Source: Guillardia theta CCMP2712 (lineage: Eukaryota; Protista; Cryptophyta). Taken from it: a stretch of DNA of 64,000 nt. The notes beneath the pieces were generated by a model. That model was not told the origin of the DNA and did no database searches. It was given only the letters and a program-made list of their open reading frames with translations. Positions 46,100 to 57,349 of the stretch are shown here, piece by piece (within the stretch, counting starts at the first letter, position 1; each line of letters opens with the position of its first letter). The position numbers and the translations under genes were made by a program. Location: the NCBI RefSeq assembly GCF_000315625.1, contig NW_005434662.1, forward strand, positions 402,307 through 466,306, read 5' to 3'.

Positions 46100-47960
46100 A
46101 ATCGAGGAGTAGGGGGGGCAGGGGTACACATGAAAGGGGGTGGGTGGTTGTTGATGAGTGGTTGATCTTATCGGATAGGGGGTGGGGGTAAGACTAACAC
46201 ATTGTTCACGGGGTAGGGATATCAAGTGACCACCACTTCAGGCATCGAAATGATGGGTTAGTGACGTGAATACCCCTACATTTCAAAAGAAGAAACCCAC
46301 ATAAGGAGGGGTAGACATTGTTGATCAAGTGTTGGAGAAGGATTCAACAGGGGTGCTGAAACTGGTCGAGGGGTAATCATTGGTAGGGGGTTTCTGACTG
46401 GGGTGGGTTCTTGGGAGTGACCCCTGGGTGGGGTGGTGGAGCATGGAAGCTTTAGGGGGCTGGGGGTATCTAGAAGGAAAGATTCCAAGTGGTTTGATGC
46501 CGTGAACGGGTAGTCTGACCATGTGTCCGGTAGGGGTGGTCATGAGCGATATCATGAGGGGTGGACAGGTGGGGTAGCCTAGTGAACGACGAAAGATCAT
46601 CAGCCGGGGTGGGTGACTTGTATGATTCTGTAAAAACGGGGGTAGTTTGGGGGATAGAAGGGTGATAAGATTCTCAGGGGAAGGCTCTGAGGTATGGCCA
46701 TCTGACATATGAAGAACATAGTAGAATGATGTACCTAGGAGGTAGGGCTCCCGAAATCTCGCTGGATAAAAGGGGGCAACCAGCCTGCTTTGAGGTACTG
46801 CTGTAGGGGGTGGGTTAAGGTCTCATGTGGGGTGATGATGGAGAATATGAGGGGTAGGGGTATCCAAGTGGTTTTTATGCTGAGAATTGAAACGTTGCGG
46901 TCTTAGAAGGAAATCTCTTCCAAAATGTTTTTAAATTTGTACCACAAACACCCCCTCGCACCTCAGATGGAAAAATACCCCCTCCTCTCTGGTGCATCGT
47001 CACGTTACCCAAGTACCCGCCCCTGCACTACCCTACCCCTCATGTCCTTGTTCTCATGGACGCGCGATTCCTTGACCCTCCAGCCTCTACCTTGCGCCTA
47101 CTTGTCTCATCTGGAAATCGTAAGTGCCTGTAGGTCTGACTGTGCAACCAATCTAGCAGCACCCATCCAAAAGATGTACCCACCCCTCGTCAAGAAGCTT
47201 CAAGTTTGAAGCTCTGGCTATCCTGAGTTCCTTTATGAGTACGGAAAAAAGTACCGTTCACTGTCACGGGCTGCCGACGGTTGATTCCGGCCGGGGCGGC
47301 CCCCGTTCACCAGTTGGCACTGGGGCGGTTGAAATGTGGCACTACTGGCGGACTCTGCGCCGGGAGCCTGACTCACTGGCTGGGCCGGGCCCGGGCGTCA
47401 CTGAGCCTGTGTCATTGTGGCCAGTGACACTGCCAGTGGTCTGCCCGCCTGGGTCCGGGAACGACCGTCGTGTCGGATGATGCGCACGCCGGGGAGGGGC
47501 GCCACGCCACCCGGCCGGGCGCCGGCGCGGTCGGTCGGGCCGCCGCCGGTCCGATCAGTCGGACCGCTCCGAGGCTCACTGAGGCGGCGACAAACGGTTA
47601 CATGACGTTACGAGATGACGTGAGCAGATCCAGCATTCGGCAAAAGTTCTAAATGCACGTGACAGGCCCGGTATTGGTTCGTGGGATTCAGACTGACTAC
47701 TCGGGAAAAGTTCGATAAATTCATGAAAAGCTCTTGATGGTACAGGAAAAGTTCACTAGAACCCCTCAATAGTTCCAAGAAGGTTCTAGTTAAAACCACC
47801 ACCCCACCTCCATTCGGAGAGACCCAGCCCTCAATAATGTACCCCCACCTCCTTCTTAGTCTTCAGTCCCCCCTTTTTCTCCAGTAAAAGTACCCATGTC
47901 AAAACAAAAGTTTAACCCCCTACCTACTCGCTCTGGTCCCCACCCTGTTCTGCTACCCCC
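46100..47960. repeat. Composite island: GGGGTA (46100-46870), TACCCC (46940-47190), CCGG (47265-47600), TACCCC (47760-47960)
   Basis: Word composition switches sharply between blocks; lies between the divergent ARM and Canopy-fusion genes. Confidence 0.7.
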
Positions 47961-48645
47961 GCATCAAGGCGAACCCTCCTCCCGACCACTCCTATGCTCG
48001 TTGCCCCTACTCGGATGCCTCGTTCATCCTCTCTCTCACTCTCCTCCTCTCCTCCTCTTTCAACCACGTGCACATCCTTTTCACCTCTAATTCAGCTCTA
48101 TCGAGCGTTTCATACACTGGCTCTCTTCCGCCGGGTGCTGCTCTTGGCCTTGCCTCACCTGGAATGATGCCGTGTGGTGTGCTCCAGCCCTGCTTGCAAC
48201 ATCATGCTGAACTACGATATTCCTTATCACCCTGAACAGTCTCGTCCGTGTCGGCGATTGTGTTTCCATTCCCTTGCCTCCTTGAAAGTCCCTTCTGTGA
48301 TAAGTGTCACCCGTGATCCTGGTGGATGGTTGCGATCACAACGAGGTAGTGACGAATCATGTCATTGAAAAGTTTCTTGACATATTCCACCCCTTCCTCC
48401 TCTCCTCTGTTTATCTAAACTAGCTCCTCCCGATTTCATATCCTTCTACACAACTCGACCTTTGGAACGATGCAAAGTCACGTCATACCCTCCAACCATT
48501 CCGTTCATCTCTCTTCTCATGCGATTTCCCTGTGCTTGCTTGTCATTCATTCTCAGAGTTCGATCGTTGCACCAGATGCTAGCTAGCTCAAGGAGTCTCA
48601 TTTTACAGCCTCAGGTCTTGCGTCGGGGGTTCCCTTAATTCCGCC

Positions 48646-50862
48646 ATGTTCCGTAATACTTGGGCAACGAAGGTAGATTGATCATATGCGAATTACTGGT
48701 GTGACCTTTGCTCGATCAACAGGCAACCCTGCTGGTTGCCCTTTCCTTGTTATGTTTCATCCTTCCAACCTCCGAGGCTGCGAAGAAGAAGAAGGGGAAA
48801 GGTTGCGAATGTCCTGGCATTCCGCGACGCTCTGAACTCCCGTACGCACAGGCAACAAGAACGCAAAGGGAGCTAAGAAAGCTGGTTCCGATCCTCTCAA
48901 GTGTGGTGTTTGCATCGCAGCTGTTGCAGAGATCCAGAAAGAACTTCAGACTACAGAGAACTCCACCAGCACGCTGGACCTCCGCTGGGGTTTGACAGCA
49001 GAAGTCACTGAAGGAAGGGCAAAGCGCATCGGCAAGGTGGACTAGAGACTTCTTGTAGCAGGCTGTGAATGTTGTTGGTTGCAGGTGATCCCTTACAAGC
49101 GCTCTGAGCTCCGATCCATTGAGGTAGGAGGAGCGCCTTCGAGGCTGCCGAAGGCTGACCCATTGTTGCCGTTACCAGGTCATGGAGAAAGTATGTGAAA
49201 CGATGAAGTCGTACGCGAAATACGAGCGCGTGAAGGGAGAAATACAGCTGATGAAGACCACCAACGTGACGGCCCTCGAGGTAGGATCAGCGATCAATGT
49301 TGCCGGCGCTTCTGAGGCCATGCCAGGCGGAGTATCCCGAGGCTCAACGCATTAAAAGGGACTCGGAGGAATCGCAGAAAGATCGTAGCAAGGTATGGCG
49401 AGGCCTTGGTGGAGGATAACGGGATTGATGGTGATGCAGTTCGAACGATTCTGTGAAGAGCTGGTTGAGAAGAGTGAGGAGAGCATCGTTCAATCTGTGA
49501 GGAATGGCGACAACAACTCCGCCATGGTGGACGCTGTCTGCTACGGAGAGGTAACTTCCTTTCATAGCCCCAGATGACCTCGCTGAATGTTCTGACAGGA
49601 GGCCGTGTGCGGCAAGGAGAGGGCTAAATGCCAGCCAGGCTCCTACAGTAGCTACATGGGACTTGCTCCATGCAGCCTCTGCGAGCAGGGCACGTACCAG
49701 ACGGAGGAGGGGCAGACAGGCTGCGTTGAATGTGCCGCTGGCTTCAACACCTCACTTCGAGGATCCGCATCGGACGGTGAGCTCCGTTTCTCCTCCCCCA
49801 TGCTCCCTGTTTCCTCACCTATTCCTGTCGTCCCCTCTGCTCTCTTCCTCCCCATGCTCCAGTTCGCTTCTCCTGACGTAGGAAGCAGCAAATTGCACTG
49901 CTATCTGCAAGCCTGGAAGCTTCAGCGACAACGGACTAGAGCCTTGCTCTCCCTGCGGCGTTGGCGCGTATCAGCCTGAGGCAGGAAGCAAACAGTGCCA
50001 CGCGTGCCCGGATGGAAAGAACACAGAGGCGACCGGCGCCATGTATGTGACTGAGTGCGTGTCCAAGTGCGGAGATGGCAGGAAGTCTACGGAGGAGGAG
50101 TGCGACGACGGCAACGTGTACCCTGGTGATGGATGCGACCACCAGTGCAAGGTAGAAGCTGGCTCAGCCTGCTCCTTCTTGAGCTCCGTCGGATCCAAGA
50201 GCGAGTGCAACAAGGTGGTCTGCGGAGATGGGAAGCGACAGAACTCCACGGACGGGACGGTGATCGAGATCTGCGATGACGGCAACGTTGCCAACGGGGA
50301 CGGATGCTCCTCGACCTGCGGAGTGGAACCTGGCTTCTCCTGTGATCTCAACAAGGACAAGACGGAGTGCCACGAGGTCAAGTGCGGAGACGGTGTGCAG
50401 GAGATCTCTTCGGATGGCTCGCGAGACGAGAAGTGCGACGATGGCAACGAGAAGGACGGCGACGGCTGCGACAGCTCCTGCAAGCTTGAGGAGGGCTTCA
50501 TCTGCAGCGGACGCTACGGTCAGAGAACTCTTTGCTACCCCGTTACCTGCGGCGATGGGCTCAGGGAGACCTCGGGAAGCAAGCAGGAGGCTTGCGATGA
50601 CGGAAACACGGAGGACGGAGACGGTTGCTCGAGCACCTGCAGCATTGAGTCCGGCTTCCAATGTGAGCCGATGTCGGGAAGCAGGAGGGGAAGGAGCAAC
50701 GCAATGGGTGTAGAAGGCTTCTTGACGCAAGGGATGGACAACTGTACTCGCATCCCTGGCTCGAGCAACGAGACCGGAGGGGAAGAGAAGAAGGAGGGAG
50801 GGTTCTTCTCCAACCTCTTCGGGGGCAGCAAAGCAACGGAGCCGCAGGCGTCGGAGCTGTAA
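48646..50862 (+). CDS. Secretory protein: Canopy/saposin-like (DUF3456) + GCC2_GCC3-type Cys-rich repeats + four DUF4215 (Myxococcus Cys-rich) repeats, C-terminal ASEL
   Basis: Signal ATLLVALSLLCFILPTSEA; KCGVCIAAVAEI..YKRSELRSIEVMEKVC..FCEELVEKSEE..VC (Canopy); CQPGSYS..APCSLCEQGTYQTEEGQTGCVEC and a second copy (GCC2_GCC3); 4x CGDG..E.CDDGN...GDGC...C..E.G..C. Confidence 0.82.
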
Positions 50863-51074
50863 GAGGCCATGGAAGATGCAAGGATCTTTATCATGTCATA
50901 CAACAATAATAAATCAAAGCTTTATCTGTCAAGCTAGCGATCAACAAAGGACCTTCTCCCTACACCTTCCCCACCTCTGTCTTCTCCCCTGCCTTGCAAT
51001 ATCTATATCTTTTTCTTTTCTCTCCCTGTTCCTCGGCCTCTCCTTCCTCGTCCTCTCTCCTCTCGGTCTTCGTT

Positions 51075-54000
51075 CTACCTGCCTCCCCGTATCTTCTGAA
51101 TCGCCTGAATGTGCTTGACCATCTTCCCCTTTCCCGTGGGCTTGGCCAGGCATGAGTTTCGGTGCGCTTTTAGCTCTATCCTCGGGAGTTTCTTGTAGCA
51201 CCAGTCGCACTCCGCGTACACGCCGAACGAGCAGGACATCTTGTGCTCCTCAATGTGCTGGACGTCAAACCAAAGGTCGCATCCTTCGAACGGACAAGAT
51301 CGACAAGCGCGGAAAGGACACGTCAGCTGGTGCTGCTCGACGTCGCTGGCAGGCAACCACTTGCGGCAACCATCGTGTTGGCACTGGGAGCTCTTGCGGA
51401 TCAGCTCGAGGGGTGCGACGTCTCGTTTCTCGTGATGCGCCTTGATATCCTGCAGCTCCACGTACTCGTCCCACGTCATCCCCTCCCAGTCCGAGCCGAT
51501 GGCGGAGGCAGGACGAGAGTCAGACGAGTAGGTGCTGATGACGTCAGCATCCCGCTGCCTGTGCGCAAAACTTCGAGCTACCTCGTGCTGCACGCGGCCG
51601 TGAGGGTTCGCGTGTCCCTCGTTGTACATGATCGGCGATCTCCCCACATGCCCCGCCAGCTCGTACCCGCTGACCAAGGCGCCCTCCACGCTGGTTTCAA
51701 CGAACCAGTCGCCTGCGATGCCGATGCCTGTAGCAGGGTCGAAGGCGCAGAAGGGGCCGAAGGAGGGGTCGGAGTGCTCTGAGATCCAGTAGGCGCTCGC
51801 GGGCTGGTCGATGTTTCCCTCCTCCCACAGTATTGCCTGCGACATGAGGACGTGTATCTGCGAGTTGACCATCCCCAACGCGTGCAGGAACTTCTTGATC
51901 GCTAGCTGACAGACGACCGGGGCGAGCTCGCCTCTGTTCTCCTCCGACCAAGTCGCGGTGAGGTGAAGCGTCCAGGTGTCCACTGGCGTTCCCTGCGGCC
52001 CCACGCTGGGAGCGTTTCTGTGATGCTCAGTGCGAGGGCTTCCTCCCCAGATGGGCCCCTGAACGGCCTCAGGTTTCTCAGCTCGCAGCCAATCGGTCAC
52101 AGAATTCATGGGGTCGTAGGAGGTGAACTTGGATGACTCGCGGTAGGCGCTCTGGAGGGGCGGGAAGGCACCTTCCTCAACGAAGTAGGCGTCGTAGGGC
52201 GAGTAGACCGGATGGCTGAAGGTGACGAGCACAACCCAGACGGGCTTGAACTTGATCAAGCGCGGGATGCTCGCCAACTTAGGCTGACAATCGGAAAGAA
52301 GCTGATCAGCATCCTTGGGAGGAACGCAGAACAGAACGAAATCGAACAAGCCTTGCGACCTGACCTGCTGCTCAATGTTCTCCGTCAAGACCTCGTACTT
52401 TCCAGTCCCAGCCATGGGCAGTACTGCCTGCACCCTCAAGCCAAGCCTTGTGTCCACCTTAGCAAGAAACTTTCTTGCGATCGCGGACATGTCAGGCTTT
52501 GATATCAACCAGGGTGAAGCCCCATGTCCTCGGCCGCTGCTGTGACAGTGACTTTTTCGATGCGGAAGATGAGGAAGCGGCAGGTCAGAGGCTTGCAGAT
52601 GAGAGTGAGGGTCTAAAGTGACGCTGCGCATGTTGGAGGAGGATTGCTTGCTGGCGTTGCTGTCTGTAGTCAAGTGCCGGTGAATCAAGATCGACTCGAT
52701 GTTCCTCTCTCCTTCGATCAAATTGAGCGTGGCTGCGAAGCCCATGCTGTTGCCATCTGTCTCCGACGCCTTGCTCAATATCCCTACCCGGGGGTTCCAC
52801 TCTGCGATGATCGCCTCCTCTGCTAGTCCGGCGAACATCTGCCTCATGTACGGGCCGTTGAAGCAAAAGTAAGGAGCGCCGGACGAGTAGGTGATGCCGT
52901 TCCTCTCCAACGCTCCCAGACGCCCCCCGGCCCTCAGGTCCGAGTCGAACACAACGACTTCGATCCGATACTGCTCACGGATGGTCTTAGCACAGATCGC
53001 CCCAGCCATGCCTGCCCCGATGACGGCGCATCTGGGAGAGTAGTCCTCGCGGTCGGGAATGGGCTCAGCGGGCTCGTGGACAACCTTGCAGATCTCGTCG
53101 GCAACGACGTCACTGACGGGAGCGACGGGTCCCTTCCCTCCCATCAACGACCAGAACTCCTCAGACTCCTGATGTTGCTCCAGGATCGTCAGCTTGCACT
53201 TGACCACGTTCGTCTCCATCCTGTCCACGTACAACTTTTTGATGTACGTCTTGCACGCGTTCCACTCATGCTTGTAAGCGTCCTCGCCCTTCCAGAGGAA
53301 GAGAGTGTTCCAGCTGTCGAGTAGAAAGATGTCTCCAGCGTTCAAGGACTTGTGAGACACGGGAAGAGGGAAAGATCGGATGCTCAACTTGTTTCCTTTG
53401 AGCCGATACAACTTCGCATCTACTCCCCTCTTCGATGACATCAGGTTCTGAGAGGAGGTTGATTCACTCGGGACGCTTTTCCTCCTCAAAGATCTGATAA
53501 TCTTCGTGAAATCTTCTTTCGACATCATTCGGTCCTTCGGCACTTTTGACATGGCCTTATCCATATCGTCAATATTCTGCACAATCCCCAGGAAGCCAAG
53601 AGCAGCTTCGAGTTGATGTGAAGTGAAGGGGTTAGATTCCAGCTCAAGATCGTCATACACCTGAGAGACCATCACCTCTACCTCCTCCTCCATCATCTCA
53701 GCTCTGTAAAGGATCGTCTCGTACGTGAAGTCTTGCTCCGGCAAAATCACACAGATAGCGGAGATGAACCAGGCGCTCCTGGAGTGATTCTCGGCTTCGA
53801 TCATCTCACAGAATTGGTTGAAACTCATTTCACCCGAGGCATCAACGTAGCGGTTGATGAGTTCGAAAACTTCCTCCATCTCTAGCGATAGACCCAGCTG
53901 CTTCAGCGCGTGCCCGATGTCCGCTGCGTCTATCGTGCCGTTGCCCTGGCTGTCGTACTGCTTGAACACGCGCTGATATTGTGAGGCAGCGTTCTTGCTC

Positions 54001-54488
54001 ATCATTTGGACGAAAGGGCCGCCCCAGCTGCTCTTCTGCAGGCGGATGGAGATCCTTCCTCCCATGAAGTGCTTGGTGATGTTGGATGCGTTGGTGGGCA
54101 GCTCAATCTTCTGACCCTCGAGGATCAGCCAAGGCATGTTGTCGCTGTCCGACGACTCCAGCTTCACCCTAACCTCCCACTCCTCTTCCCTCGATTGCTT
54201 AGGGATGATAGGGTAAGGGCTGCTGTGCCAAGAGTTTGGGTCTGACTCATCGAGGTTGTTTCTGGTCAGTAGCGGCGATCCCTTCGTTGACATATAACTA
54301 ACCTTCGCAAACTTGCTGTAATCGATTCGATTCACTGGCAGGGATGCCACCCACGAGTTAAGCCCATTGTAGATGTTGTCTGAATCAAACGGAGCAGGTC
54401 TGTGCCTGTGCGCGCGAGCAGGAGCTTTGATAAAGAAGCTGTTGTCAAGCTGAAACAATATCAAGTAGTCCTTGTTCATGTTGTTCAT
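51075..54488 (-). CDS. EF-hand + gelsolin repeat + renalase-like NAD(P)/FAD oxidoreductase + C-terminal Cys/His (TRAF-like) zinc-finger fusion
   Basis: 1137-aa open frame: VFKQYDSQGNGTIDAAD and DASGEMSFNQF (EF pair); KLYRLKG..SLNAGDIFLLD..LFLWKG..ESEEFWSLMGG (gelsolin); CAVIGAGMAG..VVVFD..AGGR..GAPYF..AGDWF...VEGALVSG (renalase/COG3380-like); CQHDGC..HQLTC, CPFEGC..HKMSC, CDWC..HRNSC. A short upstream exon is likely (acceptor TAG near 54510). Confidence 0.85.
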   Translation of the reverse strand: MNNMNKDYLILFQLDNSFFIKAPARAHRHRPAPFDSDNIYNGLNSWVASLPVNRIDYSKFAKVSYMSTKGSPLLTRNNLDESDPNSWHSSPYPIIPKQSREEEWEVRVKLESSDSDNMPWLILEGQKIELPTNASNITKHFMGGRISIRLQKSSWGGPFVQMMSKNAASQYQRVFKQYDSQGNGTIDAADIGHALKQLGLSLEMEEVFELINRYVDASGEMSFNQFCEMIEAENHSRSAWFISAICVILPEQDFTYETILYRAEMMEEEVEVMVSQVYDDLELESNPFTSHQLEAALGFLGIVQNIDDMDKAMSKVPKDRMMSKEDFTKIIRSLRRKSVPSESTSSQNLMSSKRGVDAKLYRLKGNKLSIRSFPLPVSHKSLNAGDIFLLDSWNTLFLWKGEDAYKHEWNACKTYIKKLYVDRMETNVVKCKLTILEQHQESEEFWSLMGGKGPVAPVSDVVADEICKVVHEPAEPIPDREDYSPRCAVIGAGMAGAICAKTIREQYRIEVVVFDSDLRAGGRLGALERNGITYSSGAPYFCFNGPYMRQMFAGLAEEAIIAEWNPRVGILSKASETDGNSMGFAATLNLIEGERNIESILIHRHLTTDSNASKQSSSNMRSVTLDPHSHLQASDLPLPHLPHRKSHCHSSGRGHGASPWLISKPDMSAIARKFLAKVDTRLGLRVQAVLPMAGTGKYEVLTENIEQQVRSQGLFDFVLFCVPPKDADQLLSDCQPKLASIPRLIKFKPVWVVLVTFSHPVYSPYDAYFVEEGAFPPLQSAYRESSKFTSYDPMNSVTDWLRAEKPEAVQGPIWGGSPRTEHHRNAPSVGPQGTPVDTWTLHLTATWSEENRGELAPVVCQLAIKKFLHALGMVNSQIHVLMSQAILWEEGNIDQPASAYWISEHSDPSFGPFCAFDPATGIGIAGDWFVETSVEGALVSGYELAGHVGRSPIMYNEGHANPHGRVQHEVARSFAHRQRDADVISTYSSDSRPASAIGSDWEGMTWDEYVELQDIKAHHEKRDVAPLELIRKSSQCQHDGCRKWLPASDVEQHQLTCPFRACRSCPFEGCDLWFDVQHIEEHKMSCSFGVYAECDWCYKKLPRIELKAHRNSCLAKPTGKGKMVKHIQAIQKIRGGR

Positions 54489-54986
54489 CGAGAAACTATC
54501 CCTCTCAGGCTACTAATACATCAAGATCGATCTCTTCCTCTCCTCTTCCGGCTGCCCTTGCTCGTGCCATCTTCGCCCTCGTGCCATCTTCGCTCTCGTG
54601 CCATCTTCGCTCCCTCCTTGCCCTCCTCAGACTCCTCAGGTTCCTTGTGCCTACTGGTTGCGCGCATTTTTTTCGCCAGGCCCAATGAATCAGTAACCAA
54701 GTCCGCCTCGTGTATTGAGTAAAGATATCCATAGGGCAGCAAATAGTTGAGGTCATTTGCTTAATGAATTGCTCAGGACAAAACCGCGGAGTAGGTTCGC
54801 CAGAAATAGGAGGATGCACAACCCATGCATAGAGGAAACGCAAGTGGAGGGAGGAAGGGAGGAGGATAAAGGAACAGGATCAGAAGCAGACGCAGAAGAG
54901 ACATACCAGAGAAAGCAGAAAATTTTCGATGATGATGCAATACTCACTTTGATCTTTCAGGCGTGATGAACTGATAGAGACGAACC

Positions 54987-57348
54987 ATGGACGAACCCAT
55001 GAGTGCTGATCGCCGAGCCTCCTGTCAGAGGACGACTCTGCTCAGATCTTCATTCGCCACGGCTGGAGGGCTTGTGCTGCTGCTCTGCTGGTATGTGAGA
55101 CTGCTGCTGTCATGGTTGAAAGTGAGGGTGCTGCTTCCAACAGCGTCGGGTGGATGTTGAGCAAAGAAGGTGGCGATCAAGCCTCCTCGTTGGTTCAGCG
55201 AGGAGATATTGGTAAGGCATCTCGTCCCCATGGACAGCTTGCCGATGTATTGTATGACAGATAAGTCGTGGAAAGCGTTCAAGCACCAGTCGCAAACGGA
55301 GACCTCGTTTGTGGAGGGAGAAGATGAAGTGATGAAGAGAGTCTTAAACCACAAGAACGGCAAGTTGAAGGTCAGAAACCTCCCAAGACGATGAGCGAGG
55401 ACCATGTGAATTGCTGACGAGGATGTTCAGAAATATCAGCTGATGCATCCTGAAATGATAGAAGAGCTAGAAAACGCTATTCAAGATCAGGTTGATTTCA
55501 TCTTCTCATTTGAAGATACATATACGTGATTTCTGAGGTGTAGATTGCCGAGGAAGTGAAAAAGAAATTACATCTGGCTCTTGAGCAAAAAAAGGTTGAC
55601 TCAATTTCGAACGAAAGCAAAACTCTTGATGCAAACGATTAGAATCAGGCTTTCATCAACTTGAACAGAACCATCAAAGAGGTATCTAATGAAAACCTAG
55701 TTAGAGACGTTGCAGTGAGTTTGATCCATTGTCGGAAACAGATGAAAACATCTATCGCACATCTGAAAGGGTTACATGTTGGAGCAAATGTCTCAAGCAT
55801 TACATCGAATCTAGAAGACAGCATCTGTAACTTCATGAATTGCTCGGGCTGGCCAGCTGAAATGAAAGAGGTCATGTAAATCAGGCCCTGATCATTGATG
55901 AGCCTGACTTGAGCTCAGCTCAACAAGGAAAAGAGCGAAATACAAGCGAGGCTGAGCAAATACGTGGCAGAAGTAGATGAAGACAAGAAGGAATTTCACG
56001 ATATGAAGAGCAAGTTCTTCGACAAGTACTTGTCAATGGACATCAAGTCACAACAGAAGCAAGACGAGGTAGTGGGAAAGAGCAGCATGCTTCAAGCGTT
56101 TCATTCTTATATGTTGCAGCTCAAGTACTGGAGACAAGTCGTTGCTGCCTATGAGCATCGCTTAAACCAACCGCGTACAGGTCGACTAATCCGTTCAGAA
56201 GTAAGTGCCTTGACTGGTTACAGCAGCGGAAAACTCGTCAGCCTGCGATGAAGTTGAAACCATCAGCAAAGACTCTGGAAGGTGCTAAGAAACTCGTGTA
56301 GCTTCGATGGAAACTTATCTGCACTATCCAAACTTTCAGGTTGACGGTGAATGCTGGGGCAGGAGTGAAATGCTTCTGGCTGATCAAGTCGAACAAAAAG
56401 GTGATGTAAGAATGTTGTGGAACTTTCACTAAGTTGGAAAGAATGTTTCACTAAGTTGGAAAGAATGTTTCACTAAGTTGGAAAGAATGTTTCACTAAGT
56501 TGGAAAGAATGTTTCACTAAGTTGGAATCTCAGACCCTCAACGTTCAATTCTCTAACGTCAAGAACTATGGGAACTCGAGCATTGCGGTGTTTGTCGTTA
56601 ACACCTCGTCGGCTCCTCTAACGGACATCATCGACAACGTGAGCAAGGCGACTGCGCTGTTGCTCTTTCGCTGACTTCATATCAGATTTATCTTGACGCC
56701 CCGGCGACCACCTTGAGGGGGTATGTTCCTGAGTTATCGATGCAGAGAAACACCAGCGAGGTGAGCGATGCCATCGAACGTGCGCCGGTGACGATTTGTG
56801 TGAAGATTTTGATCCACAACGACTTGGACAAGGAGTTGTTGCATCCTTCGACTTTCAAAGTATCATGGACCAGCTCGTGAGCTACAATCGCACACTTACA
56901 AACACAACACAATCAGAATTGAGCTATATGTAATACACAAACATGTACATGTTCCGAACTTTCGAAATGGTCAATTTGAGGGCAAGAACAACTTGGCAAG
57001 AAATAGACGTAAAAAATAGAAGATACCAGGGACAAGGCAAGCTCTCCAAAACACAGAAGAGTCCAGTATCATGTCTGCTTCCTGTCGTACGGATGGTACC
57101 GATCGATCGATTCAGATGGTTGGTGCTTGACATGCGGCCGGAAATTCTGGACAGCATGATGTGATCCCTGTCGCTGATATGAGCTCATCTCTACAACGTA
57201 TTCGGGTACCTCCCCCACTCGCTCCGTCGACCTCCAGCCTGCGCTGAATCGCATCGCGTCTCCTGCTAGCCATGATTCATTCCCGCAGTCTACCAAGACA
57301 AGGGTCCACCATCATGAGGAGGAGGCAGAGGCTGAACGCAGCAAGTGA
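54987..57348 (+). CDS. Multi-exon uncharacterised protein with coiled-coil region
   Basis: Series of short exons with canonical splice sites (VAIKPPRWFSEEIL.., LNKEKSEIQARLSKYVAEVDEDKKEF..); no family recognised. Confidence 0.5.
56424..56527. repeat. 22-bp perfect tandem repeat x4.7, apparently intronic
   Basis: (TTTCACTAAGTTGGAAAGAATG)4 + TTTCACTAAGTTGGAA, no spacers. Confidence 0.95.
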
Positions 57349-57349
57349 G

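Noticed and set aside
56424-56527. 22-bp repeats as a CRISPR array
   Set aside because: Units are head-to-tail with no unique spacers, no cas genes, eukaryotic intron context; a minisatellite.
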